Origin: Escherichia coli
GTDB taxonomy: Bacteria; Pseudomonadota; Gammaproteobacteria; Enterobacterales; Enterobacteriaceae
NCBI RefSeq assembly: GCF_024502345.1
Contig: NZ_JALDNN010000001.1
Direction: 5' to 3' (one strand)
DNA length: 64,000 nucleotides
Part shown: piece after piece, positions 29,130 to 41,729 of the stretch
Position numbering within the stretch: the first letter of the stretch is position 1
How the letters are laid out: each line of letters starts with the position of its first letter
Program-made: the position numbers and the translations under genes
Notes under the pieces: generated by a model
Database searches by the model: none
What the model was told of the DNA's origin: nothing
Seen by the model: only the letters and a program-made list of their open reading frames with translations

Positions 29130-29213
29130 GAAACGGATGATAACCTTAATAAATGCAGCTGTATGTGATCGGTTTCTAAGAATTTTCCATCCGGGAAAAA
29201 TAATCGAAATTAA

Positions 29214-30575
29214 TCACTTACCGTGTGGGTTACGCGTGGTTTCCCCGGAGAAATTACGCATCAGCAGCGCGTAATTTAGCTCAAGATCCTGCGGCACCGG
29301 GAGCCACACAGTATAACCATCGCCTGGTGCTACCGGCATAGCTTCGCCTTTGGCGTTTTCCATGTGCTCAAGGGTAAAGTTAATGTTGCCTTGCGGCGTC
29401 ATCAGCTCAAGGCTGTCGCCAACGGAGAATTTATTTTTCACTGCTACCGCCGCGAGGTCCCCCTTGCGCTCACCGGTAAACTCACCAACAAACTGCTGGC
29501 GGTCAGAAACCGAATAACCGTATTCGTAGTTCTGATAATCGTCGTGAGTATGACGACGCAGGAAACCTTCGGTATAGCCACGATGCGCCAGACCTTCCAG
29601 AGTTTCCAGCAGGCTGGTATCGAACGGTTTGCCCGCAGCGGCATCATCGATAGCTTTACGATAAACCTGTGCGGTGCGTGCGCAATAGTAGAAAGATTTA
29701 GTACGGCCTTCGATCTTCAGCGAATGCACGCCCATTTTGGTCAGGCGCTCAACGTGGGCGATGGCACGCAGATCTTTCGAGTTCATAATGTAAGTGCCGT
29801 GTTCGTCTTCAAACGCGGTCATATACTCGCCCGGACGCTGGGCCTCTTCGATCATAAACACTTTGTCGGTTGGCGCGCCAATACCAAGCGTCGGCTCAAC
29901 GTTTTGCACCGGAATCGGCTCGTACTTGTGTACGATGTTGCCGACGTCATCTTCTTTACCTTCCTGTACGTTGTACTCCCAGCGGCAGGCATTGGTGCAG
30001 GTTCCCTGGTTCGGGTCGCGTTTGTTAATGTAGCCCGAGAGCAGGCAGCGGCCGGAGTAGGCCATGCACAGTGCGCCGTGAACGAAGATCTCGATCTCCA
30101 TATCCGGCACCTGATTGCGGATCTCTTCAATCTCTTCCAGCGACAGCTCGCGAGAGAGGATCACGCGGGTCAGGCCCATTTGCTGCCAGAATTTCACCGT
30201 CGCCCAGTTTACGGCGTTAGCCTGCACCGAGAGGTGGATCGGCATTTCAGGGAAGTGCTCACGCACCAGCATAATCAGCCCTGGATCGGACATAATCAGC
30301 GCATCCGGCCCCATTTCCACCACCGGTTTCAGGTCACGGATAAAGGTTTTCAGCTTGGCGTTGTGCGGGGCAATGTTGACCACGACATAAAACTTTTTCC
30401 CCAGCGCGTGGGCTTCATTGATGCCGAGCTGAAGATTTTCGTGGTTGAATTCGTTGTTGCGCACACGCAGGGAGTAACGCGGCTGGCCCGCATAAACAGC
30501 ATCTGCGCCATAAGCGAAAGCGTAACGCATATTTTTCAGCGTTCCCGCCGGGGAAAGGAGTTCCGGTTTAAACAT
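29214..30575 (-). CDS. yegQ: U32-family peptidase-like protein YegQ (453 aa)
   Basis: 453 aa; MFKPELLSPAGTLKNMRYAFAYGADAVYAG N-terminus typical of U32 family. Confidence 0.9.
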   Translation of the reverse strand: MFKPELLSPAGTLKNMRYAFAYGADAVYAGQPRYSLRVRNNEFNHENLQLGINEAHALGKKFYVVVNIAPHNAKLKTFIRDLKPVVEMGPDALIMSDPGLIMLVREHFPEMPIHLSVQANAVNWATVKFWQQMGLTRVILSRELSLEEIEEIRNQVPDMEIEIFVHGALCMAYSGRCLLSGYINKRDPNQGTCTNACRWEYNVQEGKEDDVGNIVHKYEPIPVQNVEPTLGIGAPTDKVFMIEEAQRPGEYMTAFEDEHGTYIMNSKDLRAIAHVERLTKMGVHSLKIEGRTKSFYYCARTAQVYRKAIDDAAAGKPFDTSLLETLEGLAHRGYTEGFLRRHTHDDYQNYEYGYSVSDRQQFVGEFTGERKGDLAAVAVKNKFSVGDSLELMTPQGNINFTLEHMENAKGEAMPVAPGDGYTVWLPVPQDLELNYALLMRNFSGETTRNPHGK

Positions 30576-30677
30576 AATTCTCTCGTTCTGATGACAGGTC
30601 AGATCCGCTTCACCTGATGAAGCGGTTAGGGGAGTGCCCCCACTTTAAGGGCGGGCATTGTAGCGCAATCGGCGGGT

Positions 30678-30974
30678 TTAGCTCCAGTGTAAATGTCTGG
30701 TGGCGTCCTGGTTTTGGTTAAGGATACGAATGACGATAATTTCCCCTGGTGATTGCAGGAAATAAATTACGTGGCGTTCAAAAGGAAGAACAAAAATACC
30801 TTCGCCTAATTCAGGTCTGGGCGTACCTATATTATTGTTACTCAGAATCTGGAGAACGTCTGAAAGATGTTCCACATATCTGTCGGCTTGTGGTTCGCCG
30901 AAATGGTGATAACTGTAATACCAGATGCCTTCTAAATCCTCATTGGCTTTTGGCATGAGTTTAATAATACGCAC
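30678..30974 (-). CDS. ParE/RelE-family type II toxin (98 aa)
   Basis: About 100 aa, directly downstream of and 1 nt separated from a small RHH antitoxin-like gene; ParE-like sequence character. Confidence 0.6.
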   Translation of the reverse strand: MRIIKLMPKANEDLEGIWYYSYHHFGEPQADRYVEHLSDVLQILSNNNIGTPRPELGEGIFVLPFERHVIYFLQSPGEIIVIRILNQNQDATRHLHWS

Positions 30975-30975
30975 A

Positions 30976-31227
30976 TTATTTCCTTATCCCTGCTTTCACC
31001 TTCCGTAAAAACGCGTCCTTTTCCCACGGCTGAGCTTCACCACTACTCAACCCTTCTGCAAGCATGCCACGTAACGCTTGCAGGCGAGACTCTGCTTGCT
31101 TTTCTCGAAGTAAGCGCAGTGACTCACGGATCACTTCGCTTTGGGTGCGATAGTCGCCGGATTCAATTAAGGACTCGATAAATTCACGCAACTCATCGCC
31201 GAGATCAACCGTCATCGTTCTGGCCAT
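30976..31227 (-). CDS. ParD-like ribbon-helix-helix antitoxin (83 aa)
   Basis: 83 aa, N-terminal RHH-like segment, acidic C-terminal half; precedes the toxin. Confidence 0.6.
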   Translation of the reverse strand: MARTMTVDLGDELREFIESLIESGDYRTQSEVIRESLRLLREKQAESRLQALRGMLAEGLSSGEAQPWEKDAFLRKVKAGIRK

Positions 31228-31470
31228 GTTTATGCTCTCCTGTAAGTAAAAATCTTACATCAGTGTATGTCATAAACCGGATAGCGTCACGAAAAGTATT
31301 AGAAGATATTTTGGCAGATGAACATGTTCAGGAGGATAAGCATGGAGATGTTAAACAAAGAAAGCACAATGAGTATTCATCAGTGTCCACTATTTTAATG
31401 GCGCAGGTAAATAATTAAGCGTTATTTGGAAATAAAGCCGGACGCCAACAACCCACGCCCGGCATCGTAA

Positions 31471-31803
31471 TTACGTATTGTCTTTTACCGTCTGACTTGT
31501 GCCATTGGCTTTAACGGAGGCAATTCCGGTTTCACGAGATTGCGCGGTGGCGTACATCTGGCTGGAGCCGATAATTTGATGATTGGCGGCTTTCAGATTG
31601 AAATAGAATTTGCCGTTACTTGCCGTTTTTTTCTCATAGCGTTCTTCTTGCGGGCTGTTGCTACGCACCGACGCGATGCCCTTTTCCGCAGAGGCTTTTG
31701 AGGTATACAGCTCGCTGGTGAGGATAGTCTCACCATTGCCCGCTTTTAGCACAAACCGGAACTGATTATCACTGCTCTTACTGAGTTCAAACCAACCAGC
31801 CAT
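31471..31803 (-). CDS. yegP: UPF0339/DUF1508 protein YegP (110 aa)
   Basis: Start at MAGWFELSKSSDNQFRFVLKAGNGE; two tandem DUF1508-like halves. Confidence 0.85.
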   Translation of the reverse strand: MAGWFELSKSSDNQFRFVLKAGNGETILTSELYTSKASAEKGIASVRSNSPQEERYEKKTASNGKFYFNLKAANHQIIGSSQMYATAQSRETGIASVKANGTSQTVKDNT

Positions 31804-31993
31804 AATGACTCCTTGATTGAAATTGCTTATCGAAAACAGCATCTAAAGGTGCTGTTTACCGATTAAAGTATGAGCGATTTTCTGATGCCTGCCAGGGCGG
31901 AGAGATAATGTCAGTTTGCTGACCATGCGTGGGATAATGTTGCCGGATCTGGTCTGAACGCCATCTCCGGCTAACAAAGTAATGTCGCTAAAA

Positions 31994-32716
31994 CTAAACG
32001 ATGCGGCAGGCGTCGGCTTCCCAGCGGTAACCAACGCCGTAAACGGCGCGGATAAATGACTGTTCGGCGTCGAGAGATTCCAGCTTGCGGCGCAGGTTTT
32101 TAATGTGGCTGTCGATGGTGCGGTCGGTTACTACGCGGTAGTCGTCATAAAGATGATTGAGCAATTGCTCGCGGGAGAACACTTTTCCTGGTTCATGAGA
32201 GAGCGTTTTCAGCAGACGAAATTCCGCAGGCGTCAGGTCAAGCATTTTACCGCGCCATGAAGCCTGAAAACGACCTTCGTCGATAATCAACGGGCTTTCA
32301 GCATCCTGTTGCTGCAACTCGCGCTGCGGTTTGCAACGGCGCAAAATGGTTTTGACGCGCGCTACCACTTCCCGTGGGCTGTACGGCTTACAGATATAAT
32401 CATCTGCGCCAATCTCCAGTCCGAGCAGGCGGTCGATCTCTTCGATTTTTGCCGTGACCATCACGATAGGAATGTCAGAAAAACGACGAATTTCCCGGCA
32501 CAGCGTCAAGCCATCGGTACCAGGGAGCATCAGATCCAACAGGATCAGATCCGGTGGTGTCTGGCGCACATACGGCAGTACCTGATCGCCGTGGCTGATA
32601 AGCGTCGGCGCATAGCTCGCAGCACGCAGATAATCAATGAGCAACTGCCCCAGCTTCGGTTCATCTTCCACGATCAAAATACGCGGTGTGTTTTCGTCGA
32701 TTGGTAACTCGGTCAT
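31994..32716 (-). CDS. baeR: Envelope stress response regulator BaeR (240 aa)
   Basis: OmpR-family receiver plus winged helix; 240 aa; downstream of baeS. Confidence 0.95.
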
Positions 32717-34116
32717 ACTTCTCTCTGTAAATCCCGTTCCAGCGGTAACTCAACTGTAATGCTTACCCCGCCAAAAGGCGAATGGGCAGCAATAATGCGG
32801 CCATTATGTGCTTCAACAATGTTCAGGCAAATCGCCAGCCCCAGCCCGGAACCGCCGCTGGCACGGTTGCGGGAACCTTCGGTGCGATAAAAACGTTCAA
32901 ACAATTTTTGTAGCTGATCGTCACTGACACCTGGCGCACTGTCGGCAAAGGTCAGGCGCACCGTTTTGTCGTGTTGCTCGGCAGAGATTTTCAGGCTGCC
33001 GCCGCTGTCAGTGTAGCGCAGGCTGTTTTCAAGTAAGTTATTGAATAACTGCATTAAACGGTCGCGATCGCCAAATACGGTAATACTGTCTGGCAGGGAA
33101 AATTGCAGTTTCAGGCCACGGCTGGCGAATCGTTCGCGAAATGCGCCTCCCGCCACTTCCAGCAGTGGGATCAAATCTACCGGTGCTTTTTGATAGGCGA
33201 GAGCGCCTTCATCAGACATCGACAACTGATGGAGATCGTCAACCAGTTTGGTCAGTGTACCGACCTCCGCCTGTAAAGACGCCACCGTCTCCGGCGTGAA
33301 TTTACGCACGCCATCCTGAATGGCTTCCAGTTCACCGCGCAGCACCGCTAATGGCGTACGCAGTTCGTGAGAAATATCGGCCATAAAATCGCGCCGCATT
33401 TGCTGGTTTTTCTCCAGCGTGCTGGCAAGCTGGTTGAAGTCTTGCGCCAGTTTGCCCAGTTCATCTTCACTGGTGGGCGTTACGCGGGTAGTGAAATCGC
33501 CCGCCGCCAGTTTGTGCGTGCCGTCCACCAGCCGTTTGACCGGGGCCAAAAGGCCACGCGCCAGCAGAAAGGTGGCGAGCGCCGCGAGTAACGTTGCCAG
33601 GGCGACAATCAGCCAGCTGGTTTGCCGCTGTTGTTTATCGAAATTGATATCAGTATTGCGGGTCAGCCGCTCAACGGGGGAGGCAATCACCGCGCCCACT
33701 TCCGCACCGTTGACCAGAATGGGTCGCCGTGTACCGTCAGGTGGAATCGGCGCTCGCGGACCAACCAGCACCTTGTTGTTTTGATCAACCACCCAGAACT
33801 GAGTACGCCAGCCGTGTGGTGGCATACCCGGGCCGGGTTTATCTTCCGAATTATCGTGTTCAAATGAACGCAGGATCTGAAAGACAAAACGATCATTGTT
33901 GCGCAGGAAGCGCCAGTTGCCATGCTGCGCATACTGCTCGCCAAGCGCATCACTTAACAGTTGTAATCGCTGTTCATTACCATGCTTGATGTAATCAATA
34001 AAGCCACGCTCAAAACTGATACGCACCGCCCAGTGCATACTGATCAGCAAGACAATGCAGGTGGCGAAAATCGCCAGAAACAGTTTGCCGGTAATACCGG
34101 GTCGCCAGAACTTCAT
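32713..34116 (-). CDS. baeS: Sensor histidine kinase BaeS (467 aa)
   Basis: Two TM segments, HAMP, H-box SHELRTPL, ATPase domain; 467 aa. Confidence 0.95.
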
Positions 34117-35528
34117 TGCGCGCTCCTTTTTCGCCGCGAAATAGCTACATTTTGATGCGTATCGTTCGGCACTCTGGCAAAGATGAACGCCGGAAGGGCG
34201 ATGATAAACGCCATGCTAAGCCAGGTGTACATAAAGACGGTTTGTGTGGTGCCGCTGTCGACGCTGACATGCTGCGAACCAAAAAGTCCCAGCAACAGCC
34301 CGGCGATGGTGACGCCGATACTCATCGACAATTGCATAATCATCGACAGCAGACTGTTGCCGCTGCTCGCCAGATTGTCCGGGAGATCTTTCAGCGTCAG
34401 GGTGTTCATGGAGGAGAAACGGGTCGAGTTGACCATCCCTTGTAAAAACAGGACGAACGGCAAAACGTAGTACCAGCCCAACAGAGCGGTAGTCATAAAC
34501 AACAGGGTGACCAGCGACAGACCCTGCGTGGTCGCTACCAGTACCCGACGATAACCAAAGCGATTCACCACCTGTACCACAATTCGCTTCATTCCCATGC
34601 TGCCAAGCACCATCGGGATCATCATCAGTCCGGCATGAAACGGTGAGAAGCCAAGGCCAATTTGCAGGAAAACTGGTGTCATAAAGGGCAACATGCCGCT
34701 ACCGATACGTCCGGCAAAGCTCCCCGCCAGGCCCAGCGAAAAGGTACGAGTACGGAACAGTTTCAGACTGAACAGGGCGCGGTTGTTATTTCTGGCGTGC
34801 AGCAGATAAAGCACCAGTGCCACCACACCAACTGCGACCAGGCCAGCAATCGCCAGCGGCGATAAACCTGTACCTTTACTGCCGTCCAGCGCCAGGGTTA
34901 ATACCGCCATGCCAACCGCCAGCAATAAAAAGCCGGAAAGATCAAAGCGCCGCGTCTGCATGGTGTAGTTCGGCATTAACATCAATGTGGCGATCGCACC
35001 GATAATCCCCACCGGAATGTTGATCAAAAAGATCCAGTGCCACGACGCGTACTCCACCAGCAGACCGCCGAGCGCCGGACCGAGCAGCGGACCGACCTGA
35101 CCGGGTAACGTGACAAAGGTCATCGCCGCCATATACTGCTCGCGCGGTACGATTTTCATCACCGTCAATCTGCCGACCGGCACCATCATCGCGCCGCCAA
35201 CGCCCTGTAACGCGCGTGCCAGCAACAATTCGTTCAGCGTGCCGGAAAGCGCGCAAAACAGTGAACCGAGAGTAAACAGCACGATAGCGGTAAAGAAAAT
35301 ATTGCGCACGCCGACTTTGTCCGCCAGCCAGCCGCTGGCGGGCAGCATCACCGCCACGGTCAGCACATAAGAGACAATGACCATGTGCATATGCAACGGA
35401 CTTTCCCCGAGGCTTTGCGCCATTGAGGGAAGGGCGGTGTTTACGATGGTGGTATCCAGCGACTGCATAAAGAAGCCGAAAGCCACAATCCACAATTGCC
35501 AACGGGTGCTGTCGGGAAGATCAGTCAT
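34113..35528 (-). CDS. mdtD: MFS transporter MdtD (471 aa)
   Basis: Multi-TM MFS protein, 471 aa, in mdtABCD-baeSR operon order. Confidence 0.95.
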   Translation of the reverse strand: MTDLPDSTRWQLWIVAFGFFMQSLDTTIVNTALPSMAQSLGESPLHMHMVIVSYVLTVAVMLPASGWLADKVGVRNIFFTAIVLFTLGSLFCALSGTLNELLLARALQGVGGAMMVPVGRLTVMKIVPREQYMAAMTFVTLPGQVGPLLGPALGGLLVEYASWHWIFLINIPVGIIGAIATLMLMPNYTMQTRRFDLSGFLLLAVGMAVLTLALDGSKGTGLSPLAIAGLVAVGVVALVLYLLHARNNNRALFSLKLFRTRTFSLGLAGSFAGRIGSGMLPFMTPVFLQIGLGFSPFHAGLMMIPMVLGSMGMKRIVVQVVNRFGYRRVLVATTQGLSLVTLLFMTTALLGWYYVLPFVLFLQGMVNSTRFSSMNTLTLKDLPDNLASSGNSLLSMIMQLSMSIGVTIAGLLLGLFGSQHVSVDSGTTQTVFMYTWLSMAFIIALPAFIFARVPNDTHQNVAISRRKRSAQ

Positions 35529-38500
35529 TTACTCGGTTACCGTTTGTTTAGGTTTACGCGAAAAACGCAGCCGTAGACGGTCGAAAAAGAGATACACCAC
35601 CGGCGTGGTGTACAGCGTCAGGAGCTGACTCATTACCAGACCGCCGACAATGGTGATCCCCAAGGGTTGCCGCAGCTCCGAGCCGTCACCGCCCGACAAC
35701 ACCAGCGGCAGCGCGCCAAACAGCGCCGCCAGGGTAGTCATCATAATCGGGCGAAAACGCAGCAGACAGGCCTGGAAAATAGCTTCCTTCGGCGTCAGGT
35801 TACCGTGCCGTTGGGCTTCAAGCGCAAAATCGACCATCATAATGGCGTTTTTCTTCACAATGCCGATTAATAGCATGATCCCTATCAGGGCGATTAGGCT
35901 GAACGGGGCATTGAACAGCTCCAGCGCCAGCAGCGCTCCAACGCCCGCCGAGGGCAGGGTGGAGAGAATCGTCAGCGGATGTACGTAACTCTCGTAAAGG
36001 ATACCCAGCACGATATACACCGTGGCGATGGCGGCGATAATCAGGAGCACCTGTGAGTTCATCGTCTCCTGGAACACCTGCGCCGTGCCGGCAAAACTGC
36101 CGCGCACCGTCGAAGGCACACCAAGCTGGGTCATTGCGCGATCGATCGCCGCACTGGCGTCCGAGAGCGATTTTCCGGTCGGCAGGTTGAACGAGATGGT
36201 CGAGGCTGCCGATAATCCCTGATGATTCACCGATAGTGGGGCATTCGCCGGTTGCCATTTAGCGAAATACGACAGCGGGATCGCTTTTCCTTCGTTATTG
36301 ATAACGAACATTTTTTCTAGCGCGCTGATGTCCTGGGTATAGCGCGGATCTACTTCCATCACCACTTTATACTGGTTCATCGGCTGGTAAATGGTCGAGA
36401 TTTGCCGCTGACCGAAGGCGTTATTTAACAGGCTGTTGGCGGCCTGTACGTCGATTCCCAGCCGTGCCATGGTGTCGCGGTCGTAAACCAGATTCATCTC
36501 CGCGCCGTTATCCTGCTGATCGGAGTTCACGTCCGCTAGTTCCGGCAATGTCGCCAGTTTTTTGCGGATTTTCGGCTCCCATTCGCGCAGTGCCGCCAGG
36601 TCGTCGGATAACAACGTGTACTGATAACTGGCGTTAGACTGACGTCCGCCAACGCGAATATCCTGTACCGCCATCAGGAACAGATTCGCCCCCGGTTCTT
36701 TCGCCAGCTTCACCCGCAGACGGTCGATAATTTGCTGCGCCGTTTCGCTGCGTTCGTCGCGTGGCTTGAGGGTGATAAACATCATCCCACTGTTAACTGG
36801 TGAACCGCCGGTAAAGCCGGTGACATTATCCACTGCCGGATCGTCACGGATAATTTTCATAAAATCCTGCAATTTGCCGCGCATCGCCTGAAACGAAATA
36901 CTCTGATCCGCCTGTATCCCGCCCATCAACACGCCAGTGTCCTGCTCCGGGAAGAAGGTTTTCGGGATCGAGATATACAGCCAGATATTCAAAGCAATGG
37001 TGCCAAGCAGCACCACGCCCACCAGACGGGTATGATTGAGCACCCATTTCAGCGACTTACCATAGCCTTGTTGCAGGGCTACCAACATTCGACCAAAACC
37101 ACGCAGTCGCTTTTGCTCGCGCGGCTTGCTGGCTTTCAGCATCCAGCCACACATCATCGGCGTTAATGTCAGAGAAACCAGCAACGAAATACCAATGGCG
37201 ACAGAAAGCGTCACGGCAAACTCGCGTAACAGTCGGCCCGGCAATCCGCCCATCAACAGCAGCGGCAGGAACACCGCCACCAGTGACAGACTCATCGACA
37301 GCACCGTAAAACCGACTTCGCGAGTACCTTGCAGTGCGGCTTGCAACGGTTTCATTCCCGCTTCCAGATGACGTGCAATGTTTTCCAGCACCACGATGGC
37401 GTCATCCACCACGAAACCAGTAGCGATGGTGAGCGCCATTAACGAAAGGTTATTGAGGCTGAATCCGCACAGGTACATCGCCGCAAACGTACCAATCAGC
37501 GAAACCGGCACCGCAACGGCGGGAATAATAGTGGCGCGACCCGAGCGTAGGAATAAAAACACCACCAGAATCACCAGCGCCACCGAGATAATCAGCGTTT
37601 GCTCGACTTCTTCCAGCGAGGCGCGAATGGTGGGGGAGCGATCCTGGGCAATTTGCAGATCAATCGCCGCCGGAATGGTTTCCTGCAACTCCGGTAATTT
37701 TGCCCGGATGCTGTCAACCGTCTGGATAATATTGGCTTCCGGCAGCTTGCGGATCATCAGCAAAATAGCCGGTTTGGCGTTGGTCATCCCGGCGTTGCGC
37801 ACATCCTGCACTGAGTCGGTCACCGTCGCCACATCACCCAGACGAACCGCGCCGCCGTTGTTGTAATGAATAATCAACGGCTGATATTCAGCGGCGGTTT
37901 TTAGCTCATCATTGGTCTGGATCTGCCAGCGGTGAGTGCCATCTTCCAGCGCCCCCTGCGGTTTACGCACGTTGGCATTGCTGATGGCAGTGCGTACGTC
38001 GTCCAGCGACACGCCCTGATTAAACAGCGCCTGCGGGTTCAGCCCGACGCGCACGGCGGGCAGCGAGCTGCCGCCGACATCGACATCACCGACACCGTCG
38101 ATTTGCGAAATCGTCGGAGCCAGCTGCGTCGAGGCGAAATCGTACAGTTCACCCTGCGAATAAGTATCGGATGTCAGCGTGAGGATCATAATTGGCGCAT
38201 CCGACGGGTTCGCTTTGCGATAGGTCGGACGGCTGGGCATCCCGCTGGGCAGCAAACTTTGTGCAGCGTTGATCGCCGCCTGCACATCGCGCGCCGCGCC
38301 GTTGATATCCCGGTCAAAATCAAACTGCAAAATAATACGCGTGCTGCCGAGCGAACTGCTGGAGGTCATTTCACTGACTCCGGCAATGCGCCCAAGTGAG
38401 CGCTCCAGCGGCGTGGCAACGGAAGACGCCATTGTTTCTGGTGACGCACCGGGCAGCGAGGCGCTGACCATAATCACTGGAAAATCGACCTGCGGCAGCG

Positions 38501-38606
38501 GGGCGACCGGCAGCATACGGAAGCCCAGTATGCCGCACAGGGTAATGGCAACCGACAGTAAAATCGTCGCCACCGGGCGGTAAATGAAGAGGGCAAAAAA
38601 CTTCAC
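35529..38606 (-). CDS. mdtC: RND multidrug efflux pump subunit MdtC (1025 aa)
   Basis: 1025-aa RND permease. Confidence 0.95.
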   Translation of the reverse strand: MKFFALFIYRPVATILLSVAITLCGILGFRMLPVAPLPQVDFPVIMVSASLPGASPETMASSVATPLERSLGRIAGVSEMTSSSSLGSTRIILQFDFDRDINGAARDVQAAINAAQSLLPSGMPSRPTYRKANPSDAPIMILTLTSDTYSQGELYDFASTQLAPTISQIDGVGDVDVGGSSLPAVRVGLNPQALFNQGVSLDDVRTAISNANVRKPQGALEDGTHRWQIQTNDELKTAAEYQPLIIHYNNGGAVRLGDVATVTDSVQDVRNAGMTNAKPAILLMIRKLPEANIIQTVDSIRAKLPELQETIPAAIDLQIAQDRSPTIRASLEEVEQTLIISVALVILVVFLFLRSGRATIIPAVAVPVSLIGTFAAMYLCGFSLNNLSLMALTIATGFVVDDAIVVLENIARHLEAGMKPLQAALQGTREVGFTVLSMSLSLVAVFLPLLLMGGLPGRLLREFAVTLSVAIGISLLVSLTLTPMMCGWMLKASKPREQKRLRGFGRMLVALQQGYGKSLKWVLNHTRLVGVVLLGTIALNIWLYISIPKTFFPEQDTGVLMGGIQADQSISFQAMRGKLQDFMKIIRDDPAVDNVTGFTGGSPVNSGMMFITLKPRDERSETAQQIIDRLRVKLAKEPGANLFLMAVQDIRVGGRQSNASYQYTLLSDDLAALREWEPKIRKKLATLPELADVNSDQQDNGAEMNLVYDRDTMARLGIDVQAANSLLNNAFGQRQISTIYQPMNQYKVVMEVDPRYTQDISALEKMFVINNEGKAIPLSYFAKWQPANAPLSVNHQGLSAASTISFNLPTGKSLSDASAAIDRAMTQLGVPSTVRGSFAGTAQVFQETMNSQVLLIIAAIATVYIVLGILYESYVHPLTILSTLPSAGVGALLALELFNAPFSLIALIGIMLLIGIVKKNAIMMVDFALEAQRHGNLTPKEAIFQACLLRFRPIMMTTLAALFGALPLVLSGGDGSELRQPLGITIVGGLVMSQLLTLYTTPVVYLFFDRLRLRFSRKPKQTVTE

Positions 38607-41600
38607 TTACGCCTCCTCTTCATGACGGGCAAAGCGGCTTTTGGTCCACAATGCCAGGCGGTCGAACAGCAAATAAATCACCGGCGTGGTAAACAGCGTC
38701 AGCACCTGGCTGATAATCAGACCGCCGACCATGCCGATACCTAACGGACGACGCAGTTCCGCGCCGACCCCGGTACTCAACATCAGCGGCAGCGCGCCAA
38801 GCAGAGCCGCCAGAGTGGTCATCAGGATCGGACGAAAACGCAACAGACAAGCCTGGTAGATTGCCTCGCGCGGCGACATGCCTTGCTCGCGCTCGGCAGC
38901 CAGCGCGAAGTCGATCATCATGATGGCGTTCTTCTTCACGATACCGATCAGCAAAATAATGCCGATAATCGCAATCACATCCAGTTCGCTACCAGCAATC
39001 AGCAACGCCAGCAGTGCGCCAACCCCTGCGGTGGGTAGCGTCGAGAGAATGGTGATCGGGTGAATAAAGCTCTCGTACAGAATGCCGAGCACGATATACA
39101 TCGCCACCACCGCCGCGACAATCAGCCAGACAGTGCTGCCCAGCGCCGACTGGAAGGCGAGGGTGCTGCCCTGGAACTGCGTGGTGATATCCACCGGCAG
39201 ATTCAGCGTCTTTTCGGTGTCCATAATCGCCTGCACCGCATCGCCCAGCGAATAGTTATCCGGCACGTTAAAGGAGATGGTCGTTACCGGGAACTGATCC
39301 AGATGGTTGATGGAGAGCGGCGCAAAACGCTGCTCAATTTTGGCAATTGAGCTTAACGGCACCACGCCACCATCGCTGCTGGTCAGGCGAATGGTATCCA
39401 GCGCCGCGAGGCCTGGGGTATTTTCGGTGTTGTGTTCCAGCACCACGCGATACTGGTTAGCCTGAGTATAAATAGTGGAAATCAGCCGCTGACCAAACGC
39501 GTTGTACAGGGCGTTATCGACATCCGCCATACTGATCCCCAGACGGCTGGCGCTGTCGCGATCAACATTGACATACGCCACCAGCCCTTTGTCCTGCCAG
39601 TCGCTGGAGACATCAGAAAGCTGTGGTAGTTGCTGGAGTTTTTCCATCAACTGTGGCACCCAGGTACTGAGCGCATCCAGTGACGTGGCCTGCAAGGTAA
39701 ACTGGTACTGGGTGCGGCTGACCTGAGTATCGATGGTCAGGTCCTGCGTTGGTTGCAGGAAGAGATCGACGCCCGGCAATTTATCCACCGCCGTTTGCAG
39801 ACGGGCGATGACTTTTTGCACCCGATCATCACGTTCATCCAGCGGTTTGAGGTTGATCTGCAAACGCGCACTGTTCAGCGACGGGTTAGTGCCATCAACG
39901 CCAACAAATGAGGTCAGACTTTGCACTGCCGGATCCTGCAAAATCACGTCCGCGACCTGGCGTTGCCGCTGGGCCATATTGGCAAAGGAGCTGGATTGCG
40001 GTGCCTGCAAAGTGCCCTGAATAATGCCGTTATCCTGTACCGGGAAGAAACCTTTCGGAATGAACACCCACAATAGAACGCTAAGCAGCAGCGTGCTGAG
40101 CGCCACGCTTAAGGTCAGCCACGGATGATTCAGCACTTTCGCCAGTCCACGACCATAGGCGGCGATTATCTTGTCGAACATTTTTTCCGAGGCACGGGAG
40201 AAGCGGTTCTGTTTACGCAACGACTCCTGGCTGAGCATCCGTGCGCACATCATCGGTGTCAGGGTTAGCGACACCACGGCTGAGATTAAAATCGCTACCG
40301 CCAGGGTAATAGCAAATTCGCGGAACAGTCGCCCGACGATATCGCCCATAAACAGCAGTGGGATCAACACCGCAATCAGCGAGAAGGTCAGCGAGATAAT
40401 GGTAAAGCCGATTTCACCTGCGCCTTTGAGCGCCGCCGCCAATGGTTTTTCGCCTTTTTCGATATAGCGGGAAATATTTTCGATCACCACGATGGCGTCA
40501 TCGACCACGAACCCGGTGGCGATAGTTAACGCCATCAGCGTCAGGTTATTGATTGAAAAATCGAGAAACACCATGACCGCGAAGGTGCCGATTAACGACA
40601 GCGGCACTGCGACGCCGGGAATGATGGTCGCCGGAATATTGCGCAAAAACAGGTAGATAATCATGACTACCAGCGCGATAGCCATCATCAATTCAAACTG
40701 AGTATCATCGACGGATGCGCGGATATTGGTGGTACGGTCAGAAAGTACCGTCACCTTCACCGATTTCGGCAGACTCTCGGTGAGCTGTGGCAGCATCTGC
40801 CGGATGCTGTCGGCGGTGGAGATAATGTTAGCACCGGGCTGGCGCTGAACATTCATCACAATGGCCTGTTCTTTGTTCGCCCATGCGCCGAGCCAGCTGT
40901 TTTCTGCACCTTGCTCTACGGTTGCGACATCGCCCAGACGAATCGGCGCGCCGTTCTGGTAGGCGATAATCAACTGGCGATATTCTTCCGCAGATTGCAT
41001 TTGGTCATTCGCGGAAAGCGTAACCGCGCGGGAAGGGCCGTCGAGGCTACCTTTTGCCGAGTTAACGTTAGCGCCGGTAATGGCGGTGCGCACGGTTTCG
41101 CTGGTCAGGCCGAGGGCGGCAATCGCCTGAGCGTTAAGTTTGACGCGAACAGCCGGACGCTGGCCGCCGGAAAGCGTCACCAGGCCGACGCCGGAAATCT
41201 GCGAGATTTTCTGCGCGACGCGGGTTTCCACCATATCTTCCACTTGCGTCATCGGCATGGCTGTTGAGGTGACGGCGAGCGTCATGATCGGCGGATCTGC
41301 CGGGTTCACTTTGCTGTAAACCGGCGGGTTAGGCAGATCGCTCGGCAACAAGTTGGTCGCAGCGTTAATCGCGGCCTGCACTTCCTGCTCGGCGACATCG
41401 AGCGGTAATGTTAGCTGGAACTGTAAAGTGATAACTGACGCACCGCCGGAACTTTGCGACGACATCTGTTTCAGGCCAGACATCTGCCCGAACTGGCGTT
41501 CGAGCGGCGCGGTAACGGCAGAGGTCATGACATCCGGGCTCGCACCTGGGTAGAGCGTGACCACCTGAATGGTCGGATAGTCCACTTCCGGCAGCGCCGA

Positions 41601-41729
41601 AACGGGCAGGGCGCGATAACCGATAATCCCGGCGAGTAAGATCGCCACCATCAGCAGCGTGGTGGCCACAGGACGCATAATAAACAGGCGCGACGGGCCG
41701 CCTGTGCTGCCCGGGGGTAACACCTGCAT
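38607..41729 (-). CDS. mdtB: RND multidrug efflux pump subunit MdtB (1040 aa)
   Basis: 1040-aa RND permease, paralogous to MdtC. Confidence 0.95.
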   Translation of the reverse strand: MQVLPPGSTGGPSRLFIMRPVATTLLMVAILLAGIIGYRALPVSALPEVDYPTIQVVTLYPGASPDVMTSAVTAPLERQFGQMSGLKQMSSQSSGGASVITLQFQLTLPLDVAEQEVQAAINAATNLLPSDLPNPPVYSKVNPADPPIMTLAVTSTAMPMTQVEDMVETRVAQKISQISGVGLVTLSGGQRPAVRVKLNAQAIAALGLTSETVRTAITGANVNSAKGSLDGPSRAVTLSANDQMQSAEEYRQLIIAYQNGAPIRLGDVATVEQGAENSWLGAWANKEQAIVMNVQRQPGANIISTADSIRQMLPQLTESLPKSVKVTVLSDRTTNIRASVDDTQFELMMAIALVVMIIYLFLRNIPATIIPGVAVPLSLIGTFAVMVFLDFSINNLTLMALTIATGFVVDDAIVVIENISRYIEKGEKPLAAALKGAGEIGFTIISLTFSLIAVLIPLLFMGDIVGRLFREFAITLAVAILISAVVSLTLTPMMCARMLSQESLRKQNRFSRASEKMFDKIIAAYGRGLAKVLNHPWLTLSVALSTLLLSVLLWVFIPKGFFPVQDNGIIQGTLQAPQSSSFANMAQRQRQVADVILQDPAVQSLTSFVGVDGTNPSLNSARLQINLKPLDERDDRVQKVIARLQTAVDKLPGVDLFLQPTQDLTIDTQVSRTQYQFTLQATSLDALSTWVPQLMEKLQQLPQLSDVSSDWQDKGLVAYVNVDRDSASRLGISMADVDNALYNAFGQRLISTIYTQANQYRVVLEHNTENTPGLAALDTIRLTSSDGGVVPLSSIAKIEQRFAPLSINHLDQFPVTTISFNVPDNYSLGDAVQAIMDTEKTLNLPVDITTQFQGSTLAFQSALGSTVWLIVAAVVAMYIVLGILYESFIHPITILSTLPTAGVGALLALLIAGSELDVIAIIGIILLIGIVKKNAIMMIDFALAAEREQGMSPREAIYQACLLRFRPILMTTLAALLGALPLMLSTGVGAELRRPLGIGMVGGLIISQVLTLFTTPVIYLLFDRLALWTKSRFARHEEEA

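Noticed and set aside
28942-29213. tRNA gene as prophage integration target
   Set aside because: No tRNA-like cloverleaf or T-loop motif seen; the junction instead matches the cyaR sRNA 3' end
29364-30617. 417-aa plus-strand ORF
   Set aside because: Entirely antisense to the well-supported yegQ gene; no independent signal
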